Shown here one piece after another: positions 9,256-18,031 of a stretch of 64,000 nt of DNA. Position 1 is the stretch's first letter. The number at the start of each line of letters is the position of its first letter. The stretch is from an uncultured bacterium. GTDB taxonomy: Bacteria; Omnitrophota; Omnitrophia; Omnitrophales; Aquincolibacteriaceae. Below the pieces are notes generated by a model. That model saw nothing but the letters and a program-made list of their open reading frames with translations. It made no database searches and was not told the DNA's origin. The DNA lies in assembly GCA_964434115.1 (NCBI GenBank), contig CAYSSX010000005.1, positions 31,063-95,062 on the forward strand, written 5' to 3'. The position numbers and the translations under genes are program-made.

Positions 9256-10110
9256 TCACTGAATGGAGTTCGTTTGATCCTGCAAGGCCTGCCGGTTTTT
9301 CAGGTTTTCAATCGCTTTCCCGGGCTGGACTTTGCGAAGCAGCGTATAAGTCGCAGACGTTGCGACGCCGATCATGGTAGAGCCGATATTCCCAATGCTT
9401 CCTTCGGACAAAAGACTTGCGGTAATCGCCGGAGTAAAAACAAACAGAAGAACAAAAAGCACATTCGCCGTGATAATTGAAATGGTGTTGACGTGCTCAA
9501 TGTTGTAGATCGCCGTAAGATTCATGTAGCTGGCAATGCGAACCAGAAGAGAAAGCGTCACGACCCAGGCTGAGACTTGGAATAAGGATTTCAGCCATGC
9601 GTTTAAGGCGCCGGATGTCTTGTAATAAATACCGAACACGATCAAGATAGGGCCGGAGATATAGATCAGTGAAAGAAGCATGAAGCGCAGCCAAATCAGA
9701 ACCGTGTAGGCAATGTAAGTCAGCACATAAGTGACGTAAGTAATACTGTTAAGCAAAGCGCCTTTGAACAAATTGAAGACGCCAAAATCTTTATTTTCTT
9801 TGATCTCTGTGAAGATTGTCTTCAAGACATTCTGAAACTCTTCTTCCGGCATGATCGTTTTGCTCAAAAGATCAGTGCCGTAAGTCACCACCACAAAGAA
9901 CCTGTCATAAATAATCAAAAGCCCGAGAATCATTAACACCCGGACAAACAGGCCGGTGTAATTGCCGCGATCTTCGATCTGCATGAAGTTTTCATGCACC
10001 ATTGCGATTACCATCACCGGCAGAACCAGAATAAAGGCCGTCTGACGCAAGGACAGAAAAAGCGTTTCAAAGAGAGACGGGATTTGAAGAGCGTTTGTGA
10101 ATAATGTCAT
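9256..10110 (-). CDS. trbL: conjugal transfer protein TrbL/VirB6-like polytopic membrane protein
   Basis: At least five hydrophobic helices, and a position following the VirB5-like gene. Confidence 0.55.
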   Translation of the reverse strand: MTLFTNALQIPSLFETLFLSLRQTAFILVLPVMVIAMVHENFMQIEDRGNYTGLFVRVLMILGLLIIYDRFFVVVTYGTDLLSKTIMPEEEFQNVLKTIFTEIKENKDFGVFNLFKGALLNSITYVTYVLTYIAYTVLIWLRFMLLSLIYISGPILIVFGIYYKTSGALNAWLKSLFQVSAWVVTLSLLVRIASYMNLTAIYNIEHVNTISIITANVLFVLLFVFTPAITASLLSEGSIGNIGSTMIGVATSATYTLLRKVQPGKAIENLKNRQALQDQTNSIQ

Positions 10111-10113
10111 GGT

Positions 10114-10875
10114 TCACCTCGAAGGAAGAGCGTCAAGAAGCCGATTGAATTCCCGCATGAATTTCAGTCTTTCCCGTTCCATGTATTTTTCTTCGCGGGA
10201 AACCTGCTCAATCTGTGTAGCTCCAATCTCAATCAACTTGGATTGGTTTTGTTGAATCTGTGCCTGGGTAACAAGAATTTTTCCAAGCGCGTCTGCCGTA
10301 AGTCTCGCTGCCCCTTTCGGGGAAGCGGTCTGCGCGGCTCTGGAAATGTCTTCACCTGCGTCAACGGTTGAATCAACGACTTTTCGGACTTCACTTGCCC
10401 AGCGGTATCCGTCTGCTGCAAAAACTTCCTCCTGTGTGATGTAAGGCTTTGTCGCGGAACGCGGATCTTCACCGAAAATTTCATTCAAATGCGCCCGGTA
10501 GTCCGAATCACTTCCAAGCGGCCCGCCGTTTACAAGCGCATAAAAATCCCGTTGTGCCTGACTCAGCTCATAACCCAAATTCGTAAGATTGAAAGACCCG
10601 TAACGGGAGATCAGCCGCTTGTAGTCGCCGACAAATAAACCCCGGATTTCATCAAATCCGCTGTTGAATCTTTGAAGTTCATCAAAGGTGCGGCGGAGTT
10701 CAAAGAGTTGATCCAAAGCATTCTTGATGTCTTCAAGGTGATAAACCTCCATCAACGTATTTCTGATCTGGTTGTAGAGCCCATTTACCGGATCATGCAC
10801 AACAAGGGTGGCCTGAGCGGAGGCCGTGAGAGCCGTCACGGTGATGAACACCATCACAAAATGCCTTAAAGCTCT
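10114..10875 (-). CDS. trbJ: TrbJ/VirB5-like minor pilus / entry-exclusion-associated protein
   Basis: Signal peptide beginning at MRALRHF... and a predicted coiled-coil. The gene sits immediately downstream of the VirB4 homologue. Confidence 0.45.
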   Translation of the reverse strand, partial: RALRHFVMVFITVTALTASAQATLVVHDPVNGLYNQIRNTLMEVYHLEDIKNALDQLFELRRTFDELQRFNSGFDEIRGLFVGDYKRLISRYGSFNLTNLGYELSQAQRDFYALVNGGPLGSDSDYRAHLNEIFGEDPRSATKPYITQEEVFAADGYRWASEVRKVVDSTVDAGEDISRAAQTASPKGAARLTADALGKILVTQAQIQQNQSKLIEIGATQIEQVSREEKYMERERLKFMREFNRLLDALPSR

Positions 10876-10962
10876 CATGGTAGGAGGCCTCCATATCTCA
10901 GGGTTAAAAGGAGCATTGCCAGTAAAGTGGCTGCCATGCAAAGGACGGCAAGGACGGGGTTG

Positions 10963-13440
10963 TCATCTTGCCGGGGCATGGCTCACTGCTCCTTTGGGGA
11001 AGTTTTCTGCCAGATACTTCAACAAACCGAACGCATCCAGATTGGGGTTTTTGCGCCGCGCATCCTGTTCCAATGCGTAGTCACCCGGATCGGTTGTGGC
11101 GATCCAGTATTCAAGCGGTGTGGGTTCAATCCTTCCGACCGTTGAATCATTTCCGTATTTGATAAGAGCTTCCGAAAACATTCCCGGCCTTGAGACCAAA
11201 GATTTCACCGCGTCAATTTCGGTGTCGCTCAGCTCGAATCGGGAAAGAAGCTCGTGCCCTTTGTTGAGCTTAAGAACATACTTCGTGAACGAATTGCTGA
11301 TGACGGCATTGGCCGCTTTAGTGTTCAGAAAATCTTCCGGGCTTTGCGAGATGCTCAAGACAAGCCCATTAAACTTTCTGGCTGTCCTGTAAAGGTCTTC
11401 AATGAGCCGGGCGCTTGTTTCATCATTGAAAAAGCGCCAGCCTTCATCAATCACGATCACTTTTTTATTCGCTTTCTGGTAGAGCTTGCCGGCAATAGCA
11501 GAACGGATGATGAAAAAGATCAGCGATTGCAAATCGGGGTAGCTGTCAAGCTTGCCTAATTCAAAAACGATGAGGCGGTTATTCGCGTTGATATTCCCGT
11601 GCCGGTTCAGCAACTTTCCATAACGTCCTTCCGCCCAAATGCTCAAATTTTTTCCAAACTCCAGTGCCTTTTGTTTCTCCGCAGCATCTTCAAAAGAGTG
11701 CGTCCTGAAAACCTGAAGCAAATCCGTCAGCAGCGGCGCACTTTTCGTTTCATAAACCTTAAGCAGCGCTTTTTCGATCAGCCTTTTGTGGGCATTCGTT
11801 AAGACTTCTTCAGCGTGACCCCGCACAAGTTTTTCGGTGATCAGCGCTAGGTAAGCCAGGTTGTCGTTATTAATTTCTCCATTGGCGATAACCGCTTCCT
11901 TGGGGAGCAGCGGATTGATCGCATAGTTTTCACCCAGATCAATGTCGAAGTAGGCGCCCTTAAAAAACGAAGTCAGACGGCGGTAAGAATTTCCAACGTC
12001 AATAATCACAAGCTGGTTGTATCTGTTTTCGAGGAGATAATTCATCAGCAGATAATTCGTTGCGAAAGACTTGCCTGATCCGGTCGCTCCCATGATGATT
12101 CCGTGCTTTGCCGGAAGCCCGTTCTCAAAAAGATCCAGTTTCAACAACTCCTGCTTGCGGGATTTCAGCAAAAAGCCTGCTTTTTCCGTGCCTCTCCAGT
12201 CGCTCTGAATGGGCACGAGGTTCGCAAGCGCATCGCTCTGGATGAGATACCTTCTCGGGTTCATCCAAGCCTGCCCGGGCAAAAAGGAAAGGAACAGCCG
12301 GTCATGATTCATGTGATCTGCTATCCCTTCAGAGCTGGCGAGCGCCGGGAAAGCGTCCACGATCTGATCCTGCTTGCGCTTGAGGAAATAGAAGTTCCGG
12401 TCGCGCACAAGAAACGAAAGTGAGTAATACACAAGCTTTTGGGAAGACGATTTAATTTCGGTAATCAGCGAATCAATTTCGCTGTATTTCTGAGCGGAGT
12501 CATAGTTTTTGGAGCTTCCTAAAAAGCTAAACGTCTTTGATACATTCGCCCGCGTCTTCAAAGACTCGATTTCGGCCTCGTTGTCCGGCACATAAATCGA
12601 AAGCATGAAGTCATAGGGAACCGTGATCTTCTCAAGCATCCTGCCCAAGCCCTGAATTTCAGTGTGTTCAGGCGGCAGTAGCAAATTGATCCCTTGGAAA
12701 AAATACCCGTCCTGGTAAATGTGCTCATGTTCCACAATCGGCGGAGAAAAGAGCAGAGACGAACGCAGCGTAATGCTCTGCGCTGGATTTTCCTCTGAAT
12801 TGACTAAAGGGGCTTTACTCGCCCTGGCCGGGTTGAGGTGAAAGTAAAAGAATGTTTTATATTCTTTTTCTTTCAAGGGCGTCATTTTTACCTTGAGATT
12901 GCCGAAGGCATTTTCAAGGTAGGTTTTTGCAGAAAGCAGCTCCTGCTTTCTGGCAAGAAACGCCTCTTTATTGATTTCAACTGCTTTTTTCCGAAAGACT
13001 TCCAGCCCGGAAGTCAGTTTGTGTTTTTCTTCATGAAATTTGGTGATGAAGAGATAAAGTTCGCTGTTAAAAAGCGCATCTTTCCGCAACGCCACTTCTT
13101 TTGTCTCGATCAGTGCCGTTGAAAAAGCATCCGCCGTCCGAATTGACCGGCGGTAATCAAAAAGCGCCCGTCCCGGGCCCGGCTTATGCTTCAGAATGAA
13201 CTGAAACTGTGTCTTCTCGGGAAGATGTCCAAGCGCCTGACGTAGAAACTCCACCACCGAAATGATTTCCTGTTTGGATTTGAACATCAAATTGATACCT
13301 TCAAACGTAAAACCCAGCGTAAGATTGCCTGTCGCGCCGATCAAAACATCATCTTCAATCGCAAGCAAATCAATCTGGTTGTAAAAAGGGACTTCCCGGC
13401 GAGCCTGGAGAATGTCCCGGATGCGAATCGGTGAAATCAT
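10963..13440 (-). CDS. trbE: type IV secretion ATPase TrbE/VirB4
   Basis: 825 aa. Walker A motif GATGSGKS, and Walker B hhhhDE (VIVIDEGW). Confidence 0.9.
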   Translation of the reverse strand: MISPIRIRDILQARREVPFYNQIDLLAIEDDVLIGATGNLTLGFTFEGINLMFKSKQEIISVVEFLRQALGHLPEKTQFQFILKHKPGPGRALFDYRRSIRTADAFSTALIETKEVALRKDALFNSELYLFITKFHEEKHKLTSGLEVFRKKAVEINKEAFLARKQELLSAKTYLENAFGNLKVKMTPLKEKEYKTFFYFHLNPARASKAPLVNSEENPAQSITLRSSLLFSPPIVEHEHIYQDGYFFQGINLLLPPEHTEIQGLGRMLEKITVPYDFMLSIYVPDNEAEIESLKTRANVSKTFSFLGSSKNYDSAQKYSEIDSLITEIKSSSQKLVYYSLSFLVRDRNFYFLKRKQDQIVDAFPALASSEGIADHMNHDRLFLSFLPGQAWMNPRRYLIQSDALANLVPIQSDWRGTEKAGFLLKSRKQELLKLDLFENGLPAKHGIIMGATGSGKSFATNYLLMNYLLENRYNQLVIIDVGNSYRRLTSFFKGAYFDIDLGENYAINPLLPKEAVIANGEINNDNLAYLALITEKLVRGHAEEVLTNAHKRLIEKALLKVYETKSAPLLTDLLQVFRTHSFEDAAEKQKALEFGKNLSIWAEGRYGKLLNRHGNINANNRLIVFELGKLDSYPDLQSLIFFIIRSAIAGKLYQKANKKVIVIDEGWRFFNDETSARLIEDLYRTARKFNGLVLSISQSPEDFLNTKAANAVISNSFTKYVLKLNKGHELLSRFELSDTEIDAVKSLVSRPGMFSEALIKYGNDSTVGRIEPTPLEYWIATTDPGDYALEQDARRKNPNLDAFGLLKYLAENFPKGAVSHAPAR

Positions 13441-13703
13441 TGTTCTTCTCTCCCCGTTAAAGTGTAAAACTTAGGCGTAAGCAGAAACCGGACGAGCATC
13501 GTCGTGTATTTAGGCGGTTTGCCTTTTTTGTAAATTCGCAAAAGGCAGTAAACCGCTGTTACCGCTGCCAGATTCAGAAAAATGTTGGCTGAAAGCATGA
13601 AAACCAGCGCATACACAACCGCGATGATCAGAAAATCGAGGACTTCCAGTCCGAAGACCTTCTCGTTTTTCTCAAGGGACGTATGTGTTTTGACCGGTTT
13701 CAT
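13437..13703 (-). CDS. trbD: TrbD/VirB3-like small membrane protein
   Basis: 88 aa with a hydrophobic hairpin. Its stop overlaps the VirB4 start, and this coupling is conserved for VirB3-VirB4 pairs. Confidence 0.5.
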   Translation of the reverse strand: MKPVKTHTSLEKNEKVFGLEVLDFLIIAVVYALVFMLSANIFLNLAAVTAVYCLLRIYKKGKPPKYTTMLVRFLLTPKFYTLTGREEQ

Positions 13704-13704
13704 T

Positions 13705-14004
13705 TCAAAACCCCGTAAGCCGTTGAATGAGATCCAGAATTGCCCGCGCCATCATGATGATTGCACCGCCGAGTGCGGCAAAGACGCCCCGTCGAAGCCC
13801 CATTTCATTGCCAGTTGCCATGCTGATGCCTCCGATACAAACTCCGATCACAAGAATTCCGGGCCCGATGATTCGAATCAAAAAATCCGCAATCCCTTCT
13901 AAGAACTCTTCAAGCTGGCTTTCAGAATCAGAGAAAGCCCAGGCACACGCCGCCCGCATCAGGACAAAGCAAATAATCAAAAGCCACATTTTCTTGCGCA
14001 TCAT
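13705..14004 (-). CDS. trbC: TrbC/VirB2-like pilin
   Basis: About 100 aa. Signal peptide (MMRKKMWLLIICFVLMRAACAWA) followed by two hydrophobic helices rich in Gly, Ala and Ile. Confidence 0.5.
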   Translation of the reverse strand: MMRKKMWLLIICFVLMRAACAWAFSDSESQLEEFLEGIADFLIRIIGPGILVIGVCIGGISMATGNEMGLRRGVFAALGGAIIMMARAILDLIQRLTGF

Positions 14005-14036
14005 CGAAAACTCCTCTCGTATACAAAGGTGCACTT

Positions 14037-14366
14037 TCAGGGGTTTTTATAGCCGTCACTTAAAAAATTCTTCAGTTTCTTCTTCCCGGATTGAATGTGC
14101 TGAAAAACCGTGGGCTGGCTCAGCTTGAACATGGCCGAAATTTCAGTCTCCGAATAGCCGTCAATATGTTTCAGGGAAAAACAAAGCCGCTGGCGTTCGG
14201 TCAGGGTGCTCAAAGCCGCGTCCATGTCCATCCAGAAGACCAGAGCATCCCACTCCCGCACGGAAAGAATCCTCTCCCGGATAGAGGTCTCGAATTTTGA
14301 CAAGTGTTTACCGTTCTCGACGTTGTGGAAATCAACGCTGATCAGTTTTTTCCGTCTTTTCTTCAT
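14037..14366 (-). CDS. small sigma-70 region-4-like HTH regulator
   Basis: LTERQRLCFSLKHIDGYSETEISAMFKLSQPTVFQHIQSGKKKL resembles sigma-70 region 4.2 / ECF sigma C-terminal HTH. No region 2 is present. Confidence 0.45.
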   Translation of the reverse strand: MKKRRKKLISVDFHNVENGKHLSKFETSIRERILSVREWDALVFWMDMDAALSTLTERQRLCFSLKHIDGYSETEISAMFKLSQPTVFQHIQSGKKKLKNFLSDGYKNP

Positions 14367-14380
14367 GGCTATCCTTTCCT

Positions 14381-14418
14381 GAAAATAAAAAAGCCCGAAA
14401 GAGATAACTCCTTCGGGC
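14381..14418 (-). terminator. rho-independent terminator or attenuator after the coupling-protein gene
   Basis: On the minus strand, a GCCCGAA...TTCGGGC stem with a 12-nt loop is followed by TTTTTTATTTT. Confidence 0.5.
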
Positions 14419-14451
14419 CTCTATGGGTCTCTGGTTGTAAAAAAAACAGGG

Positions 14452-16089
14452 CTACATGATTTCTACCTGGGGAATATGGCCTATGTAATCAAGCTGGATC
14501 ACATCAATCACAAACGGCTGCTTGATAATCACAGCCGCTTCGCCCCGCGCCAGCTCGCGGATAAGATTAGGATTCAGCCGGAACTCTTCAACCTCCCGGA
14601 CACTCACCATGCCGGTAGGGTTTTTGTCGATCCAGTCCTCTTTCGTCTGGATGGTGTCCTTGAAGGTCTTCTCCGTTCCTGAAATCCGCGAGTAAGTCTC
14701 GATAGATGCCGGATCATCCTGCCGCATGACGATTTTGATGTTACAGTTTTCAAGCACTTGCTTAAGGAAATGATCTCCCGCCTTTTGAAGGTCTCCTAGA
14801 GATTGGTGAGCAATCGTAATTGCCAGATGCGCACCACGCGCCTTATTCAAAAATTCCACAAAGGGCTCATAGGCGAAATTAGAGAATTCATCCACAAAGA
14901 TCGGGAAGAAGAAGCGCTTATCTTCGGGAAGGTAAGCCTGAATGTAATTTGAAATCGTCTTCAAATCCTGAAGAACAATCCGGCCAAACCGCCGGGCGGT
15001 TTCCTCATAGCCCTGGGCATTGAGCTGAAAATAAACGATTTTTCGATTTAAATAGGCATCCAGCAGGTCAATTTTTGGTTTTTCATCCCGGAGAAGGCTG
15101 GCGAACTCGCTTTCTGAAATCATCCCCAGATCAGCAGTCATTCCGGCCAGGTCTTTTTGAAAGACCGTGTATTTTTTGAGGATATTTACGACCATTTCCT
15201 TGAGATGGGGATCGGTAATTCCTTTTGCCAGCTCGGACAGCTTCCGCTCATTGGATAAAAGATCATAAAGCTTCTCGAAGGTGATGACTTGCTTTGCCTC
15301 GCAAAGGCTTTTCATCAGCAAGAGCAGGGTTTCTTCCGCCTTCTTTTTGTAAAACTCTTCCGTCCAGATATTGGCGCTTATGATTTTGTCCTTAAGCTCA
15401 GTCGGATTCCCCCTTAAAAGCGGATTATAGGTATGGGACTTTTCTGGATACGCAAGGGAGAAGAAGAGAAAATCCTTTTCACGCCCCAGAGCTTTGACAT
15501 GGTAGTAAATTTTATTCAGAGTTTCGCGGTCGCCCTTGGCGTCCATGATCAGAGCTCCCGTGGCCCGCGAGATATCCTGGGCAAAAATCGGGAGGATAAG
15601 CGATTCTGTTTTCCCCGCGCCGGTAGAACCCACAACGTGGGTGTGCATCTTGCGCATCTCCCGAGTCAGGCGCAAATCCCGTTTGGACTTCATACTCCGC
15701 CCGAGAAAAACCGCATCTTCCTCTGTCTTCTTTCTGGATAAAGCCATGCTGTCTGCTGAAAAGCGATATTTCTTGGCTGGCTTCAAACCCTTCGTGAATT
15801 GCTCCTGCTTGAAAAAACTAAATGTCAGAAAAACAGGCAGCGTGACCACGATATATCCAGCGTAAAAAATCAACCCGAGCGGCAAGACCTCATGAGCGGT
15901 GATCGTTTTCCCAGCAGAGCCGGGATCACGGCTGATTCTGTCCAGCGCGGCCAGGATCAGTGCCGAAAACAGGCATGAGCCTCCCAAAGCCCAATAAAAT
16001 CCTGTTTTCAGACTGCTCACAATAACCCGGCTGAGAATCATAGGTATCTGGATGAAAATATTTTCCAGAAAATCCATCAAGAGCCTCAT
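14452..16089 (-). CDS. type IV coupling protein (VirD4/TraG/TraD family)
   Basis: Two N-terminal transmembrane helices, Walker A motif VVGSTGAGKT, and Walker B FVDEFSNF. 545 aa. Confidence 0.75.
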   Translation of the reverse strand: MRLLMDFLENIFIQIPMILSRVIVSSLKTGFYWALGGSCLFSALILAALDRISRDPGSAGKTITAHEVLPLGLIFYAGYIVVTLPVFLTFSFFKQEQFTKGLKPAKKYRFSADSMALSRKKTEEDAVFLGRSMKSKRDLRLTREMRKMHTHVVGSTGAGKTESLILPIFAQDISRATGALIMDAKGDRETLNKIYYHVKALGREKDFLFFSLAYPEKSHTYNPLLRGNPTELKDKIISANIWTEEFYKKKAEETLLLLMKSLCEAKQVITFEKLYDLLSNERKLSELAKGITDPHLKEMVVNILKKYTVFQKDLAGMTADLGMISESEFASLLRDEKPKIDLLDAYLNRKIVYFQLNAQGYEETARRFGRIVLQDLKTISNYIQAYLPEDKRFFFPIFVDEFSNFAYEPFVEFLNKARGAHLAITIAHQSLGDLQKAGDHFLKQVLENCNIKIVMRQDDPASIETYSRISGTEKTFKDTIQTKEDWIDKNPTGMVSVREVEEFRLNPNLIRELARGEAAVIIKQPFVIDVIQLDYIGHIPQVEIM

Positions 16090-16787
16090 TCGCGGATCTC
16101 CAGAAGCTCATGCACGGAGCTTTTTTCAAAAACCCCCTGAAGGTGAGCATTCATTTGATTCGTTTGCAGTTCCTGAAGCGTCAGAAAGTGCAGCTTCCCG
16201 CAGGTAGCCGCCTCGCCCTTCAGCTTTTCCACAAGCGAAGGAGTATCCGCGATGTAGATCACCTGGCTGATATGATCATCCATCTCATAATCGAAGAAAA
16301 TATCCCGGTAACGCTCCTTGGATTTTTGTGACGATTCATATTCCACCGCGACATACTTCCCCCGGTTATAAATCATCCCGTCCGGCAGTCTGCGCAGCTG
16401 ATAGAGCTTCGATAAAACCCTTTCAGACAGCCAGTCCGTATAGCCCCAGCTGTTAAAAATAATCCGAATGTCCGTCACCGCCACATCATGCTTGTAATGG
16501 GAATAATCCACATCCGCCAGCTCACACAAACCCCGATGCCGTCCGAACGACTTTAACTCCCTCAGCCCATTTGCCGTCACCATATAGAGCACATGCTTAT
16601 AAAACCCGTATTTGCTCCTCTTTAAAAACCCCGCTTTCATCAGTTCATAAAGCCTTCTGTAATCCTCCGTGCTTTTTTCCGAAATATCCTTCCAAAAGAC
16701 TTTTCTTACCTGCTCCCTCGTCATAAACTTTTGTTCCAACATCCACCCCATGATCTCAATATCCCTTGCTGTAATTTTCATTTCCAA
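16086..16787 (-). CDS. Replication-relaxation-family-like protein; candidate relaxase or mobilisation protein
   Basis: 233 aa. N-terminal winged-helix-like region. PDGMIYNRGKYVAVEYESSQK resembles a PD-(D/E)XK core. The gene sits between the coupling protein and a nested inverted-repeat region. Confidence 0.4.
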   Translation of the reverse strand: MEMKITARDIEIMGWMLEQKFMTREQVRKVFWKDISEKSTEDYRRLYELMKAGFLKRSKYGFYKHVLYMVTANGLRELKSFGRHRGLCELADVDYSHYKHDVAVTDIRIIFNSWGYTDWLSERVLSKLYQLRRLPDGMIYNRGKYVAVEYESSQKSKERYRDIFFDYEMDDHISQVIYIADTPSLVEKLKGEAATCGKLHFLTLQELQTNQMNAHLQGVFEKSSVHELLEIRE

Positions 16788-16801
16788 TTTCCTCCTGTTT
16801 T

Positions 16802-16893
16802 CGCTTTCCTCCCGTTTACCTGACCACGATATCTCATCGTAGAGAGAGCGTGGTCAGGCAATGCGCGCTTTGTAAGCGCAAGGGAGGAAAGCG
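16802..16893. other. candidate oriT: nested inverted repeats upstream of relaxase-like gene
   Basis: Three nested palindromes: outer 12-bp inverted repeat CGCTTTCCTCCC / GGGAGGAAAGCG (16802-16813 / 16882-16893), inner 10-bp inverted repeat CCTGACCACG / CGTGGTCAGG (16819-16828 / 16849-16858), and TGCGC...GCGCA (16862-16880). Confidence 0.35.
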
Positions 16894-16941
16894 GTTGTGA
16901 ATGAATACCGCCCCACCGGATTTGTGTGGTGTCAGTGCTCC

Positions 16942-17088
16942 CTAAAATTCGATGATTTGTTTGCATTTTGTGCATTTGATGAAGAGCTTCTTTTTGTTCC
17001 GGTTGGCGTCCTTGCCTTCCTCGGTGTCAAAATAATCATCCGGCACCTCGGCAAGTTTTTTATTACAGTTCGGGCATCGCAAATCTTT
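16942..17088 (-). CDS. small zinc-ribbon protein (Com-like)
   Basis: The region MKDLRCPNCNKK...KCTKCKQ contains two CxxC pairs, giving a protein of about 48 aa. Confidence 0.4.
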   Translation of the reverse strand, partial: KDLRCPNCNKKLAEVPDDYFDTEEGKDANRNKKKLFIKCTKCKQIIEF

Positions 17089-17143
17089 CATGGCGGTTTC
17101 TCCTTCACTCCATTGATTCGAAAAACGAAAAGAAAAAGGAATG

Positions 17144-17635
17144 TCAGATTTGTGAAAACTCCTCCGCGAGGGTTCTGACATGAGCCAGCCGCTTGTTGAT
17201 GAAAGCTTTGCTGCGTTTAAGCAGGGCGGAAATTTCTAGCCGGGTTTTTCCTTCGGAAAGAAGTTTGCAGATAGATCGTTCGCACTGATTAAGCAAACTG
17301 AAAAAATCTTCCTGAGCATCCTGCGGATCGGATTGAGCAAAGTCATGCCCTTCGGCGAGCATTTGCTCCAAAGACAACGCCTCAACGCGTCTTTTCTGGG
17401 CGCAGGCCTGTTTGATGAGATCCGTCAGATGAAGGTTCAAGCACCGGCCCATAGCGCCTTGCCAGCGCTCGGGCTGAATCCAGCCTCTCCGCCTTGTTTC
17501 AATCCAGAAACAGAAGAGTTCCTGCCGGACGTCTTCAAGTTCCCAGCAATGATTCCAACGCATTTTGCGAAGGAATTTTCCGGCAACACGGTTGATGATT
17601 TCGATTTCTTCCTGGGTGATGATCGCTTCTGTCAT
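17144..17635 (-). CDS. sigma-70/ECF-like transcription factor
   Basis: Region-2-like segment ELEDVRQELFCFWIE and C-terminal region-4-like HTH LSEGKTRLEISALLKRSKAFINKRL. Confidence 0.45.
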   Translation of the reverse strand: MTEAIITQEEIEIINRVAGKFLRKMRWNHCWELEDVRQELFCFWIETRRRGWIQPERWQGAMGRCLNLHLTDLIKQACAQKRRVEALSLEQMLAEGHDFAQSDPQDAQEDFFSLLNQCERSICKLLSEGKTRLEISALLKRSKAFINKRLAHVRTLAEEFSQI

Positions 17636-17845
17636 GGGACACACTCCTGTTTTTTGTGTCCCAAAATAAAAGTCAGAGCGATGTCAGAAAATGCCGGAGG
17701 ACTGCCGGAGCCCTCCATGAGGATGGGGATACCTATAAAAGGAGGTGAAAGTGCCGCTTTATATAATGAAGGAGAAAATCATAGCCGGATTTAATTTCGG
17801 TAGTATAATCTGGTAAAAAATGGACACTCAAGAGGTCGCTATAAA

Positions 17846-18031
17846 ATGACTGCCAAATGGCTTACCATTGAACAAATCGCGGACTATCTCCAGGTTTCAA
17901 AGGAGAAGGTTTATAAACTCTGTCAACGCGGCCGCATGCCAGCATCAAAAGTCGGCGGGCAATGGCGTTTCGATAAAAAAGAGGTTGATGCGTGGGTAAG
18001 AAAACAGAGGCCAAAGAAGCAAACAGCATGA
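17846..18031 (+). CDS. xis: excisionase-family (MerR-like) HTH DNA-binding protein
   Basis: 61 aa. LTIEQIADYLQVSKEKVYKLCQRGRMPASKVGGQWRF matches the Xis/AlpA-type helix-turn-helix. First gene of the plus-strand block, and its stop overlaps the next gene's start (ATGA). Confidence 0.6.
   Translation: MTAKWLTIEQIADYLQVSKEKVYKLCQRGRMPASKVGGQWRFDKKEVDAWVRKQRPKKQTA

Noticed and set aside
16778-16975. 65-aa minus-strand ORF spanning the inverted-repeat region
   Set aside because: It is composed of the palindromic repeats themselves and overlaps the zinc-ribbon gene. It is more plausibly non-coding oriT DNA.
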